This document shows, piece by piece, positions 46,871-61,300 of a stretch of DNA of 64,000 nucleotides (position 1 is the stretch's first letter; every line of letters starts with the position of its first letter). The notes below the pieces were generated by a model that was not told the DNA's origin, searched no databases, and worked only from the letters and a program-made list of their open reading frames with translations. This DNA is from Eledone cirrhosa (taxonomy: Eukaryota): contig OZ024740.1 of NCBI GenBank assembly GCA_964016885.1, positions 157,480,001 to 157,544,000 on the forward strand, in the 5' to 3' direction. Both the position numbers and the translations under genes were made by a program.

Positions 46871-47179
46871 ATGGAGGTTATTAAAATAGTTGTTTCTACT
46901 TTTGGCACAAGGCCAGCAAATACTCAGTACATTACTGGTACTTTATTTTATCGACCCCGTAAGGATGAAAGGCAAAGTTAATCTCGACGGGATTTTAACT
47001 TTGCCTTAAAATAGTAAAAATAAATAGTGAAAATTTAGGCCAGTACATACGTATGCGCCGACGGACATACACATACATATACATACGCACACACAAATAC
47101 ATACACACACACACGCGCGCGCGTGTGTGTGTAAACCTTGTGCATTTCGACAGTATTTTCACCAAACTTAAGACATAGG

Positions 47180-47563
47180 TTACTTATGTACTCCGGATGG
47201 TCATGGGCACTTTCATTTTTCCACATATTGATTATAGGTTCTCCCGACAGATAAACCCCTTTAACCACTTCCTTGGAGTCGACTGAAGCACTGCAGTGCA
47301 ATGCAACAAAACGTCATAACTTCTGGAGTTCGCTACCGATTTTCACAAAACTTGACACATGGGCTACGTTTGTTCTACAGATGAATGTGAAATCTCAGAA
47401 TTGGCACATATTTAGTAGTGGACACCTGGGGGCAGGAACCCCCTTTTGGAAAAAGCCGATGATTTTGTAAAAGTATAGTTTTCCAAGCAGTACTGAGGTA
47501 TTGACATAAATGGTATACATAACTGGTATTTAATACCCGAGCAGCGCCGGGTACCTCTGCTAG
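47180..47563 (+). mobile_element. Helitron 3' end
   Basis: acccgagcagcgccgggt hairpin followed by CTAG|T; the 5' boundary is uncertain. Confidence 0.6.
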
Positions 47564-48101
47564 TATATATATATATACAGTATTCGTAAAAATGACAGGA
47601 TGTGCAGTAAAATAATATTTAATTTAATGATTCCTTGATTACATCATTCTATGTAAATCACTTGAATCACTGACTTTTTCTTGACTTCCGTCACAACCAC
47701 CACCACCACCACCACCTCCTCCTCCTCCTCCTTCTTCTTCTTCTTCTTCTTCTTCTTCTTCTTCTTCTTCTTCTTCTTCTTCTTCTTCTTCTTCCAAATG
47801 ACTTGAGCCCTTGTGGCCAATAAAAGAAACCATAATTATTGGGTGAATGAGGACGGTGGATTGGCAGTGTCGCCAGGGCGTCGTCACCATGCTTTGCGAC
47901 TTAGAGTTGCGTCCCTTTACGCTCTGAGGTCAAATCCCGTCAAAGTTAGCTTTGCCTTTCATCCTTACAAGGTCGATAAAATAAAGTGCCAGTAATGCAC
48001 TGGAGTCGATTTAATCGAATTTCTCCTCGCCCAAATTACTGGCCTTGTGTTTATTGTAGAAATCATAATTATTATTGTTACTAGTAAGTTTGTTTTGAAA
48101 T

Positions 48102-48328
48102 AGCGAGCGAATTTGAAATAGAAATAGAAGCTTTCGCTGTATTTTTGACTAAAGAAATTTTAACCTGATAGTGGTGTTTAGAACCTTGTAAGAAATGGAA
48201 AAAGATGAGTATTGACGTACATACTCATATTTTTTCCATTTCATAGAGGGTTCTAAACCCCACTATCAGGTTAAAATTTCTTGAGTCAAAAATACGGCGA
48301 AAGCTTCTATTTCAAATTCAAACTGCTC
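48102..48328. repeat. Imperfect fold-back or MITE-like inverted repeat
   Basis: ~110 bp arms around the loop tgacgtac. Confidence 0.7.
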
Positions 48329-49047
48329 GTGTTGCTCTTACTGTTGTTTTTTCATAATGGTTTCTAATATGTTGAATGTAGATGTAAATAGATCAATACA
48401 ACAGTTAAAAAAAAGCACTCAATACATGTGTGAAAGTGACTTCCGAACGAATATCCTCAACTACCAACTGACATACCCTCTGCCTCTGGGTCCCAATAGA
48501 CAGGATGGAGAATGCATTGCCCAGGATCACAGCAAGGGAGATGCGCTGGAACGGCCACACCACCTCGTGGGGCTCGGACTTGCGGGCGGCCAACTCCGCT
48601 CCGATAGTAGTGAGTAGGGATGTAATCTGGGGGCCAAGAACGCCAGAAGTCTCTGCTGCTACAGGCTCTACCACAAACCTATCGGAGAGCAGCCAATACT
48701 TGGACAGTTTTCCCTCTTCGACATGGCGGGCAGCACAGCCTGGGCTGGTAGCCGAATGCGTAATATAAAGTACCAGTCATTACTGCTGTCAATTTAACCT
48801 ACTAGCCCCACCTCCAAATTTCTGGAATCGTGCCAAAATTAGAAATAATACGTCATATAAAAAAGTGGGGGAGAGAGTAAAAGAGACATATATAGAGAGA
48901 GAATTAACACCTGGGTTGAATGGGAGTAAAGATACTGTGGGTAATGGTAGGCAAATATTGAGTTAGAGAAGCAAAAAACGTTTGCAAATACATACCCAGG
49001 CACAAACAAACGCACACATATACACATATACACAACACTCACATATT

Positions 49048-49097
<50 letters not shown>

Positions 49098-49203
49098 ATA
49101 TATGTATGTATGTATACATACATATAGATATCAACATTATATAGGAGTATGTATGTGTGTGTGTATGTTGTGTATATGTGGCCATGTGTGCGCTTGTGTG
49201 TTC

Positions 49204-49262
<59 letters not shown>

Positions 49263-49582
49263 ACTAACTGTGTGATGTATTTATGCGTGTATATTTATTT
49301 ACTTACGTATTTGTTCATATTTTTCGTGTGTATGTACAAATAGTTGTTATTTGGCTACAATATCAAACAGTAATGTCTTTACAGTTTAGTTATTCTATTG
49401 AGCAAACAAGGATGTCCGTTACAACAACAACAATAATAACAACTACATTATAACAAAACATTCTATTGATATAAGAAATACGGAAATATTTACACTGTGG
49501 AGCTCAAAATGGCGAAGATGCTGGTGCCGAGGATTAAAAATTCTTCGGTAATTCTTCTGACTCAATGCATGTTGAGTTCTCT

Positions 49583-49682
<100 letters not shown>

Positions 49683-50473
49683 TACACGCATACACACATA
49701 TACATATATAATATAATTATATGGATCTCCGTCGGTTTCAATGAGGAATAATCTGGTGGCTGATCAAATGAACTATTTACTCATTGAATTAGAGTGAATG
49801 TAGTAAAGTATGTTATAAAAACGTATATCATTTAGGTAATCTCCAATCAGAGTCAGTATGGAGATGTATTACATGTACTAACCATCCGTCTAGCTTCTGT
49901 AGAGTCTCTACCTATGAAATTTCACCCACAAGGTCTGAGTCACACGCAATGGGATCGACTCCGGGAGCACATAGTTGAGAAACGAATTACTTATCAATTC
50001 GTTTGAGTGAGTGCGTCTGTATGTGTGTGTGTGAATGTGCGTGTCTACATACATGTAGACACACTTATATGCGCGCGCACACACACACATATCTTAACTA
50101 TAATATAGAAAGGAGTGCGGACTGCGTCCAGAATATATTTTTTTTATCCCGTTTGTAAAATAAGTTGGATTACTTTGAATAAATAATGAATGAATATTAC
50201 ATAATTTATCTACTAAATTTCATAATTCTTGATTAAATATAAATAATTTTGTTGCTTATTTTAAGATTCACTTCTTTAAAATTTTCAAATGTCAACACTT
50301 CCGGTTAGCGATCGCTTATATAAACATTCATATATTTCCGTCACTAATTTTTTTCCTAATGCAGTTTATATATAATATCGTCTTTTTTAATGTACCATGG
50401 ATTACGTTACTGATTACATAAGAGAGTGTAACGCAGTCTTCGTTCAATTTCTGTGTATATTGTCAATTACGAT

Positions 50474-51001
50474 TTTATTTGATGTATCATATCTACATGT
50501 ATATATTTTATTTGATGTATCGTATCTACATGTATATATTTTATTTGATGTATCATATCTACATGTATATATTTTATTTGATGTATCGTATCTACATGTA
50601 TATATTTTATTTGATGTATCGTATCTACATGTATATATTTTATTTGATGTATCATATCTACATGTATATATTTTATTTGATGTATCGTATCTACATGTAT
50701 ATATTTTATTTGATGTATCGTATCTACATGTATATATTTTATTTGATGTATCGTATCTACATGTATATATTTTATTTGATGTATCGTATCTACATGTATA
50801 TATTTTATTTGATGTATCGTATCTACATGTATATATTTTATTTGATGTATCGTATCTACATGTATATATTTTATTTGATCTATCATATCTACATGTATAT
50901 ATTTTATTTGATCTATCATATCTACATGTATATATTTTATTTGATGTATCATATCTACATGTATATATTTTATTTGATGTATCATATCTAGATGTATATA
51001 T
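50474..51001. repeat. 33-bp minisatellite, ~16 copies
   Basis: Unit ttttatttgatgtatcRtatctacatgtatata, head to tail with no spacers. Confidence 0.95.
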
Positions 51002-51086
51002 ACTTGCGTATAATATCAATATGCACACTACACATGTTTGCAGAAAACCACCCGAAGTAGGGTTTTCTGCTAGTGTAATATAATAT

Positions 51087-51160
51087 ATTGGTTTCGTCAA
51101 GTATGAAATTTGTAGAAAAAAAAAACAAATTTTACAAATTTCATACTTGACGACCCAATA
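51087..51160. mobile_element. Tiny mariner-like MITE
   Basis: tattgg..tcgtcaagtatgaaatttgta inverted pair with an A-rich spacer. Confidence 0.55.
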
Positions 51161-51246
<86 letters not shown>

Positions 51247-51304
51247 AGTGTTTGTTCGTGGGTAAGTTCCTAAGGTAGTTCCGTGGAGTGTGCGACGAGA
51301 TGTT

Positions 51305-51340
<36 letters not shown>

Positions 51341-51345
<5 letters not shown>

Positions 51346-51509
51346 TTTTATTAACGCTAGAAAGTGAGTCTTGTTACTCTGCAGTTTCGCCTGTTTATCT
51401 CAGGATCATCAAACCAGAGTAACAAAACTCACTATTTAGCCTTAATAAAATAAATATTTAAATTCTACTTCAGTATTGAGCACTCTTATCTATCAGCCAT
51501 CAACTACAT

Positions 51510-51513
<4 letters not shown>
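51341..51513. mobile_element. Short fold-back with a hammerhead-like core in the loop, plus tail
   Basis: Arms 51341-51381 and 51415-51457. The loop reads TTGATGA-tcctg...cagg-c-GAAActgc on the minus strand. Confidence 0.65.
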
Positions 51514-51546
<33 letters not shown>

Positions 51547-53596
51547 AAAGAACACAAGAGCGTCTACAACATCAAAATATTTTTATTGGCTTACAATGTT
51601 TCTTCCTTACGTAACCGTAGGATTCGTCAGAGCTATAAAAGGGGTTTGATTGGTGTTATGGACTCTACCAACCAAACATTCAAGAACAAAGAGTAAAGAG
51701 AGTAAAGAGCAAAAGTAGGGGACGATAAGTCTAATTTTGGTGCGGGAGGGTGGGGTGTGGGTCCTTGTTTACAAGCTGCAGTCATATTCATTCCCGGGAG
51801 TCGAGTGGTTAGCTGAACCATAGATGGGGTGGCGTCGATAGTAGGGTGCAAAGGGTGTGCAGAGGCTACACACACACAAAGGGCATACAATATATATATA
51901 ACGGAGGAGAAAGTACATGAGGTAATTAGAAATGGAAAAAGAGTAATAATAATAATCTATAATTAATAATATATAATAAGGCATGGGGAAGATTACACTA
52001 TAATAAGGTATAAAAGTAAGAATAAGGTAAAATATAAAGGAGGATAAAAGTGAAAATAAGAATAAAGATAAAAAATATATATATTAAAAAAATATATAGA
52101 GAATATATAAAGAAATATAAGCAAGTATTTGAAGGGGAAAACACAATGTAAAAAAACCGATTTTTTCAAATAAAAATATTATAATTATGGGGGGAGAAAA
52201 CGGGATAGAGAAATATGATCAAATGTGATTAGTTGAGAGAATATAAGATGATAATAGTTTTGTCAAGTTTATACATCTTAATAATAAATAATCTGTATAT
52301 CAGAGTTACAGAACCTTCAACTCACTTACAGGTTCAAGCCACGTGGCATAGTCCATTGTTTATCTGTGCGGTCATGTGCGTTTGTTTTTGACACCACAGC
52401 AGATGCACAAGTTCGTAAATTCCAATGCAGATAGAAATTTATTTTTGCTCACCCAGACATTGACGGAAGATCCAATATTCCTAGTTCCATATGTGTGTGG
52501 TGTTATTTTGGTCGCACAAATCAATCACTTGGTCCAATATTATGGAGTATGGTTTTCTGGTCTTCGTAACAGTGTCAGTGGTTGTATATCTCGAAATCAC
52601 AAGGATCACAGTACTCCGGTTTGGTGTGATTATCGGTCATCCAACTATGTTGTCAGTGGTTGGATTCAATTCTATTGCCCCGAACGTAGAACTTTGGTGT
52701 CGATTGAACATTAACGAGGCAGAGTGAGATCGCATCTGTGGTACAAAACGGTACGCAAGGAAATTCTTCGTCTTCGTTTCATCCGGGTCTAGCAGTCACG
52801 TGCAAGAACCGCTACGTAGTAATTGTGATGGTAATCGGTCAAGATAGTAACTGACCGAAAATTCTCTTAGGAATTCAGACAGGCATGACAGGTACATTTA
52901 GGTCAGCAGTTTCTTTATGTGTACGTGTGTCCGATACACACAGACACATATTTATATGTATTTCAACTAAAAAAATTCAATTGATTCGCTTATTGATATT
53001 ATATCTCTGTTGCTCCGATGTGCATGTTATGGTGTTCTGGTCGTGTTTAGCATTCACTGTGTTTTGCCATTACCTTGGAATGTGATGTTATGTTTTGCCA
53101 TTACCTTGGAATGGAATGTGATGTTATGTTATGGTCCGGCAAGCGCATTCCTCTCTTATATTGCGGAGAATGGTGTTCTGGTCCTCAGTAAACATTTGGG
53201 TCAGCAGGAGGGGTGGTGGTTCTCAGTTTCAACTTCGACAATACATATGTGTTACTCTACATATCGTGCTCCTCTCAAAGAAGAGTATTATAGGAGGAAT
53301 TCATGCCAAACACCACATATAGAGAAGGCTTCTACAGAAAAAATATACATACATATACACATATATACACACATCATACACATACACACACATACACATA
53401 CATACATATATACACATACATATCACATATACACATACACACAATATAATACACATGCATACAATATACATATATATATATATATAAATATACGTGTATA
53501 CAATGCACGCACATATGCATGCATGCGTGCACACACGTACGCACACACATATACATATGTTTGTGTTTGTGTGTGTGTGTGAGAGAGAAAAGGAGA

Positions 53597-53646
<50 letters not shown>

Positions 53647-53784
53647 ACACACACAAAAACACCCGCCTTGTAGGGGACTGTTCCACCCTTAGGCTACCTA
53701 TCTATCTGGGTTACGGGTTGGGGGGGGGGAGCTATAGTCAAGGAGGGGTATGTCTAGGTGGGGGTTGCGTAATATATGTTACGT

Positions 53785-56335
53785 CTATGTGCTAGGTTTA
53801 AAATAGAAGAAGGAACTCAGGATTTTGTGTTGGCAAGAGGAGAAAATTTCCGATTTCCTGTTAAGCAGGTTCAGTTTAGAGTGTATTATGGCATGGCATT
53901 CCAGTAAACACAGGTCACAACTCCCGCTCTGCGGTCGGTATAGCGTGGATCTAGTAAGCTTCCTCCAAAAAAGTTTGTATGGGGTACTATTATTTTTTAA
54001 AGAGATGTATACCGCCAGTGAGGTGGCATTCTTATGTCTATCGTGTCTAAATGTGTACATATGCGTGTTAAAATCTAGTTTTAAATGTATTGGACGTTGC
54101 TCCTATATATGTTTTGGTAGAGTTGTGTGTGGTTACGTCACATGCATATACGATGTTTTTCATGAGGCAATCCCCCCTTAGGGGACAATTACTACTCCGC
54201 CTACAATTGCAACTGCGGGTTCGATTAGATAGCGTACCTCCCGAACTTTGGTTACTAGCATTATCACTAGGTGCCCCTATATCATTAGATGGCTCATTGA
54301 TGCTATTATATTGCCCATTTTCCAGTGTAGTCGGTTGCTGGTGGTTAACTGCCATTTTAATTGCTTCGAAACCTTCCCTAGTTTTCCTAATGTTCGTGCG
54401 TGCTAGGTGTGATGCGAGGTTAGGTGTGGTCGAATAGGATAATTTAATCACGTTTTTGTTAATTATGTTGCGATATCTATTGCCTGGTGGGAAGTTTTTT
54501 TCTAATAATGAGAAGAATACTCTGGGGAGGTTAGTGAGGACCTCAGAGTTAAAAGGTGGGTTAAAATACATGTTTTTCCTTCTTCTATTTTTCTTATCTG
54601 TGGGGTGAGTCTCGCTACTGTGCGTACTATTTTGTAGGGTTCCGTTATTAACGTTAGTGGCGTTGTCTGTTTTGCTTAAGCCCGGATGGTTTATATTCAT
54701 GGCGTGATCATTTGCTGTTTTAGAGTTGTGGTGAGGGACTCTAGTATTGTCTTTACGTGGTTTACATTTAGCTGGGTTACCGCCATTAGGGTTCTTACTA
54801 TTATTCTTGCCTCTAAGTTGGTTAGGCTTTGTGGCCATACTATGTGTGATTATGTTGGTAGGTTTCACACTCATGGTTTGGGAGTCCTTATGTATATATG
54901 ATAATCTACTCCCGTAACCAGATTCTGCTAGGGCCTTGTCATAATACACTGCATTGGAGTTGAAGATACTCTCATTACAGGACAGTCTGCTAATTCTATT
55001 AGAGACCCCTTTGGGAATAGCGTTTAGGACTGATTTGGGGTGGTTGGAGCTGGCGTTTACATATGTTAGTCTATCGTTAGGTATATGGTAGGGTGCAAAT
55101 GTTTTAGTTTCTAGGTCAAGGGTGGCGTCTAGGAAGTTTACTGTTTTGTCATTTGCATCTATGGTAATACTTAGATTAAAGTTTTTAAAGAACCTACGTA
55201 ACTGTTTCCTAGTTCTTTCTATATTGCACTTTTTATACTCGAGAGTGAGGAGGGCGTCATCACGGTATAAGCCGCCCTTCAAGTGCGGTAATGTCTCATG
55301 TAACTCCTTTAAGAGGTACAATCCTACCAGGTCCGTTACTTGTGCAGAGTCACTAGATCCCATTGTGATGTCGAAGTTATTGGGCGTATTCTTGCGGGTC
55401 CACAATTCGTCCTCAAATGTGATTATCGTTTTCCGGGCCGCAAGAATGACATCAATTTGAGACCTAGTGAGGTCACTTTTCTGCATGGCCATGATTAGGG
55501 CCTTATTAAGGAGTATGGGGGAGATTGAGGTGTAGTACGCATCGATGTCGAATTGTATAAATTTAAGGGATTTATGGTTGCTAAGGCTTGAGAACCATTT
55601 CAAAACCTCTTCCGTATACTCCCATGGCTCTAGATTTATTTTCCTCCTGATGGTGGGTATAACGCCGTCTAACATTTTCTTACTGATAATTCCTATATCT
55701 GACTTCGATGGGCTAATTAATCTAACAGAGGGTTTACTAATGAAGTCAGCCTTATGGTCTTTAAGGGTGAACCTGGGTTGCCTAGGGGTATATGGTTGGG
55801 TATACTTTTCCAGGCCTAGTTTATCCACTATGGCGCATGCTTCCTTATTAATTTCATCTAAGTTTGCGCTTGTTGTCTTTTTATAGTTTCTATTTAATTC
55901 ATTGTATATAAACCTGCGATACGTATCATAATTTAAGCTATAAATATTTCTGGTTTTATCCGAGGTGACCAGGATATCTCTTTTATCGTTAAAGCCCTTA
56001 ACTAAGGTTTCCAGTTTCATCCGGAATTTGTTGCTATTCCCATGGGGGTTTTTAAACTTAATATTCCTTACTAGTGATAGGAGGTCATTCTCAAATCCAT
56101 CTAGCATGGAGTTATGGGGCGGGATCCTATAGGTTTTAAAACCGAATTTATTATTGGGGGACACGGTAGTTGATTTCATATTTCTCTTATCGAAGTGGAA
56201 AGTGCGCCATCTAATACGCTTAACGAAGGAGTTGACACTAGCTATCAGTAATTTCTCATAAGTAGTCCTGGATGGGGTTGGGATGTTCTTGAGTGATATA
56301 GGGAGGTAGTCTTTAGTTAGCATGCTGCCAATCAA
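53785..56335 (-). CDS. PLE reverse transcriptase plus GIY-YIG endonuclease, one frameshift at ~54070
   Basis: Motifs SDKT, LKDHK, FDIDAYYTSI, TMGSSDSA, LYRDD, NFLD, CNCRRSSNC, IVY...YIG, CDLC, LLNRKSE. Removing one T from AGA TTTT AAC gives RFNTHMYTF and fuses ORFs 54068-56335 and 53785-54060. Confidence 0.9.
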
Positions 56336-56542
56336 TTATAATCATACACCCAAGGTGGACAGGTTATAAGGATTTAGCTCAACCGGGGGGAGCCGTAGAA
56401 ATACTTAGGTTAATAGGAGTTAGGTATTGTATACCCGCGTCCCATTAAGGTATTGGCAGCATAATAATTAGCCCTATGCTTTGGAGCAGAGCCGTATATA
56501 TGATAAAGAACATAAGAGCGTCTACAACATCAACAGATTTTT

Positions 56543-56595
56543 ATTGGCTTACAATGTTTCTTCCTTACGTAACCGTAGGATTCGTCAGAGCTATA
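56543..56595 (-). ncRNA. Hammerhead in the 5' pLTR (identical core at 51585-51637)
   Basis: Minus strand: agct-CTGACGA-atcctacggttacgtaaggaa-GAAA-catt-GTA-agc. Confidence 0.75.
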
Positions 56596-56940
56596 AAAGG
56601 GGTTTGATTGGTGTTATGGACTCTACCAACCAAACATTCAAGAACAAAGAGTAAAGAGAGTAAAGAGCAAAAGTAGGGGACGATAAGTCTAATTTTGGTG
56701 CGGGAGGGTGGGGTGTGGGTCCTTGTTTATTAGCTGCGGTCATATTCATTCCCGGGAGTCGAGTGGTTAGCTGAACCATAGATGGGGTGGCGTCGATAGT
56801 AGGGTGCAGAGGGTGTGCAGAGGCTACACACACACAAAGGGCATACAATATATATTTAAAACATAGACCGGAACAAAAACAGAGAGGCAGTACAAATAAG
56901 AGTTTATTAGGTTCACGCTTTAGAGAGTGGGGGGGGGGGG

Positions 56941-56971
56941 CGTTTCGGGCATAAGCCCTTCATCAGGAGAA
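56941..56971 (-). ncRNA. Partial hammerhead in a further pLTR fragment (56860-57545)
   Basis: tctc-CTGATGA-agggcttatgccc-GAAAcg, with the 3' part replaced by a C run. The adjoining tail also occurs at 43045-43125. Confidence 0.55.
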
Positions 56972-57827
56972 AAGTGGGTAGGAAGAGAGTTCCGATGGTG
57001 TGTGGGGGAGTGGTTGAAAGACATTTAGAAAGGGGGGGGGGCGATTGGAGAAGTATAAATAAAAATAAAAATAAACATAAAAATAAATATAAAAATAAAC
57101 AAGTGATGGAAGGATGTGAGGCGTGTAGGGGCGGTGGCGGGTGGAGTTGGGAGAGGGAGGCGGGGGGTCCGAGCGGGGAGGGATGAAGGAGGTGTTTGTG
57201 TATGCGTGTAGGTGTACGTGTGTGTGTGTGCGTGTGTATGTGAATGTGAGAGTTGGGGGAAGAACGAGGTTCCATGTTCAGGAAAAGGTGTGTGCGTGGG
57301 ATGAGGTGTAAGTCGGTGTGTTCGTGTGGATGGTGAGGGGTCAGAGTTGTGGGGGAGGAGGTGGGGGCATGTGGATTCCGGAGGCTGAGTGTGTATATGT
57401 GGGGATGCGCACGTGTGTGTTTGTGTTTATACATGGTGTGGATGTAGGTGGCGTGGTGCGAAAATAAATGTGAGTGTTTGTTCGTGGGTAAGTTCCGTGG
57501 GTAAGTTCCGTGGAGTGTGCGATGAGATGTTGGATATTTCTCATGTTATAGAGTGGATAGCTGGAACGATGACCGGTGGTGTGGAATCCAATATTATTCA
57601 CATACACACACACAAAAACAAGATAGTGTAGTACAGAACAAAGGAGAGACACAAAATAAAAACCCAGTCATTGAGGAGGTCACAGAATATGTGAAGAAAG
57701 AGCTTTGACAATATATAAACAACCATCCGGTTATCGAACCAGCCAACCAGCCTGGAATTTTAATAAATTGAAGTGAAAACCAACAGGTGCGTGTGTTTTT
57801 ATTGGCAGCATGACCCTCCAAAAGTAT

Positions 57828-57891
<64 letters not shown>

Positions 57892-58366
57892 CCAATTCCA
57901 CTCCACCCGTCCCTTCAATCTTTCTAATTTCTCATTCTTTCTAGTGTCCGAAACGTTGAGAGCCTCTTGCTGCTATTTCAAGCGTTAACATAATATATTC
58001 GTTCCATATATTGTACCGACTGTGTTGTTATTTCTGTTTACCTTTTATATATATATATATATATATATATAACGGCGATGAATTAGTTTTGCGAGGTTTT
58101 TTATATGACATCGTGTGTCGAAACAAATATTGTTGTACTTGGGGAGGGTCATATTTGTGTAATATTGCCAGAATTAATAACAGAACACACTCACTGTTTG
58201 GTTGGTTTTCGCTGTATCTGTATTATTTTTGACCATCGGTCAGTCAATGGCAACATTGAGGACCGAGTATATTAGATTACCGATATAAAAGACACAGAAG
58301 CGAAAAGCGAAAACCAACCAAACAGTGAGTGTGTTCTGTTATTAATTCTGGCAATATTACACAAAT

Positions 58367-61300
58367 ATGACTCTCCCCAAGTATAACAATATTTGTTTCG
58401 ACACACGATTTCATATAAAAAACCTCGCAAAACTAATTCATGGCCGTTATGGCATTAGCTTGTGCCAAGCTGAAAGGTTATTGAAAGACACTGTTTTCTG
58501 TTATATAAAAACTACAATAACAACAGAACAAATCCGCTTCTTAAAACACTGTGTTTCCTCCAAAATATATACAAACATATCAAAACAAGTAAATAATTTA
58601 TTATTGAACAAAACACAAGCTGAACGACTAAACACACACAATAACAGTTAATATGAAAAGAACAACATACACAAAAGTCAACGAACTTTACAGACAGAAA
58701 CGCATTAACCGTAAGGAGTCCGAAATCTCACCACGCCAAACGAGAGGGATAACTTCATGAGCGTCATCCGACGTGAAATGAAATACGCCCGAAACGAATG
58801 CAATAGGCACTTCAATAAGAAATTAGAATGGATGAATAAGAAAAAACTACTAGAAAGGAAAATAGAATATTCTCAAAAATACCCAGATAACATCAACAAT
58901 ATCCGCATGTCTGATGTAAAACTACCGGAAGAATTTACCAATGACCACACAGTAAATATTTATGGGAACACTTTAATCAGTGAACAAGAACAACAAATCC
59001 TGCAGCTACCACCAAAATTTGCCATCTACAAAAAGATTAACCCTATGGAGTGCAAAACGGAGCTGGAAAAGTGTTTCACAAAAATACGTTGGAATGCAAA
59101 GGTAAACAACAACAACAACAACAATAATAACGGTAGTAGTAATATAAACAATAACTCTGAGTATAGAAATAACAGCCATAACAATAACAATAGCAGAAAG
59201 TGAGAAATAGTAATAATGGTAATAATACTAACGATAGACAGAACAACAACAACCACAATAATAATAATAATAATAGAAACATTAACCACAGATACAGCAG
59301 CAGCGACCACAGTAGTAATAACGGTAACAATACGAACAACAACAACAATAACCACAGTGGTAATAATGGAAATAATACATGTAGCAACCTTAATGATAGA
59401 CACAACAAAAACAAGAAACATAATAAAAGTAACAACCACAATGGTAGAAATAACAGTAACAACAACAATAATGTTGAAGTAAACAACAATACATCTAGCA
59501 ATCATAACAATAATAATAATGCTAATGATAGGAACAACAACAACCACCATGATAACAATAATAGCAATACACACAACTATGACGATAGATATAATGACAA
59601 CCCCTTAGAGAAACTATTTTTCAACCCAGCTGACAAAACATATAAGATGGGTAATATCTATCCTACGAGGTTACTCTTTAATAAAAGAGTTTGCATACCA
59701 CAACAAATAGATGACGAGACAGAGGCACAGTTCACCATAGCTAGAAATAAGATTAGACAAATAGTAGACAGGTATACTGAGAGACAGAGCAGACCAGAGG
59801 CCCAACAACTTGGGAGGAAACCTGTAGAAGGCTTGGTTAGCCTCAAGCAGCGCACAAGGGATGGTGAGGTAGTATGTCTACCCACGGATAAGTCTGGTAG
59901 GATGTCAATAGACAACATGCCGAACTACATAAAGGCTATGCAACCCCACATCACCAACACGAGCGAAATTGCACAGCAAATACATGATGGGAGAGAGAAA
60001 ATCTTCAACGCTCACATGATGATGTGGACTGACATCCTAAAGCCAAGCAGACGCACTGCCAACAACTTCTAGGCGTCTAACAATGGCATACCACACTTGT
60101 ATGGGCTCCGCAAAGACCACAAGACAGTCGACGACCCGACAACAGGACCACCAACAAGACCCGTTATAGCTAGTAACTACAGGATCTCCTACTTCCTCTC
60201 AATGGTTATACGCCCCATAATCAAGATGTCCCCGGATGTATGTGACAGTGCAGAGGACCTCCTCAGCAGAATCAGTGAGTGCAACAAAAACAGGAACCTA
60301 TCCAACTGCATAATAGGCAGCATGGATGTGGTATCACTGTACCCATCCATTAACATTGATTTTGCTGTGAAAAAATGTGTGGAGATGATCATTGAGAGTG
60401 AGGTGGAGTTCTGCGACGTCGACACAGACGAACTGGGCCTCCTACTTAGACTTACCTACGACACTGACTACCTAGACAGCCATGACCTTAAACGTTTCTG
60501 CTCTAGTAGACCCATAAGAGGTAGAACCCCACCATAACCTCAATGGCAAAAAAAGACTCCCATGGGAAGGTGGATTGGGTGGACCAAAGCTATACGGACC
60601 CCCCCAAAATAATGAGCAGGTAAGAAAAATGGTCGCACATGCAATAGGGGCTAGTATCAAAACTACCCTCAAGGGCCACATATTTAAGTTCAACGAGAAG
60701 ATCTACACCCAAAATGAAGGAGCAGCCATTGGCGTCAGCATAGCTGGTGATGTTGCCAACTTTTTCATGGTATGGTGGGAAAGGAGAGTTAAAGATCTCC
60801 TTAATGAGAGCTCCATAGACCTCATCATGTACTCTCGTTATGTAGACGATATCAATATAGTTATAAGAACATCCCCACTAGAGAGTACTAACAAGTTTGA
60901 TTTAGAACGTAGCACAATGGAAAGCATCCAGCAGATAGATAATTCCATACACCAGAGTATAACTGTAACTATCGACTTCCCTTCCAAACACCCTAACAAT
61001 AGACTACCTGTATTAGACACAGAACTCTGGATTAACACTATAGACGAGAGAGCCCACATTCTCCACTCACACTATGCTAAACCCATGGCCTCCAAATACC
61101 TGATACTCAAAAACTCAGCAATGTCCAGTAGTGCTAAATTTAATATTCTGATCGCAGATTTGGTACGAGTGATGAAGAATGTGTCCCGCATGTGCGACCC
61201 AACAGAAATGGAAAGACACATCCAACACTTCATCAACCGCATGCAGTTCTCTGGCTACAACCAAAGAGACAGAGTCAGAGTATACGAAGGAGTCATGGAG

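Larger units (their letters stand above)
51541..56855 (-). mobile_element. Full-length Penelope-like element (Hydra-like, CxCx5C linker) with two direct pseudo-LTRs
   Basis: Near-identical ~355 bp direct repeats at 51541-51897 and 56499-56855 flank an RT plus GIY-YIG ORF. The 3' end abuts (TA)n and each pLTR holds a hammerhead motif. Confidence 0.9.

Noticed and set aside
50397-51346. 228-300 aa repeat proteins or a CRISPR-like array
   Set aside because: This is a head-to-tail 33-bp minisatellite with no unique spacers, in a eukaryotic context with no cas genes.
59026-59574. Hydrophobic minus-strand ORFs resembling membrane proteins
   Set aside because: They are the antisense of the (AAY)n tract.
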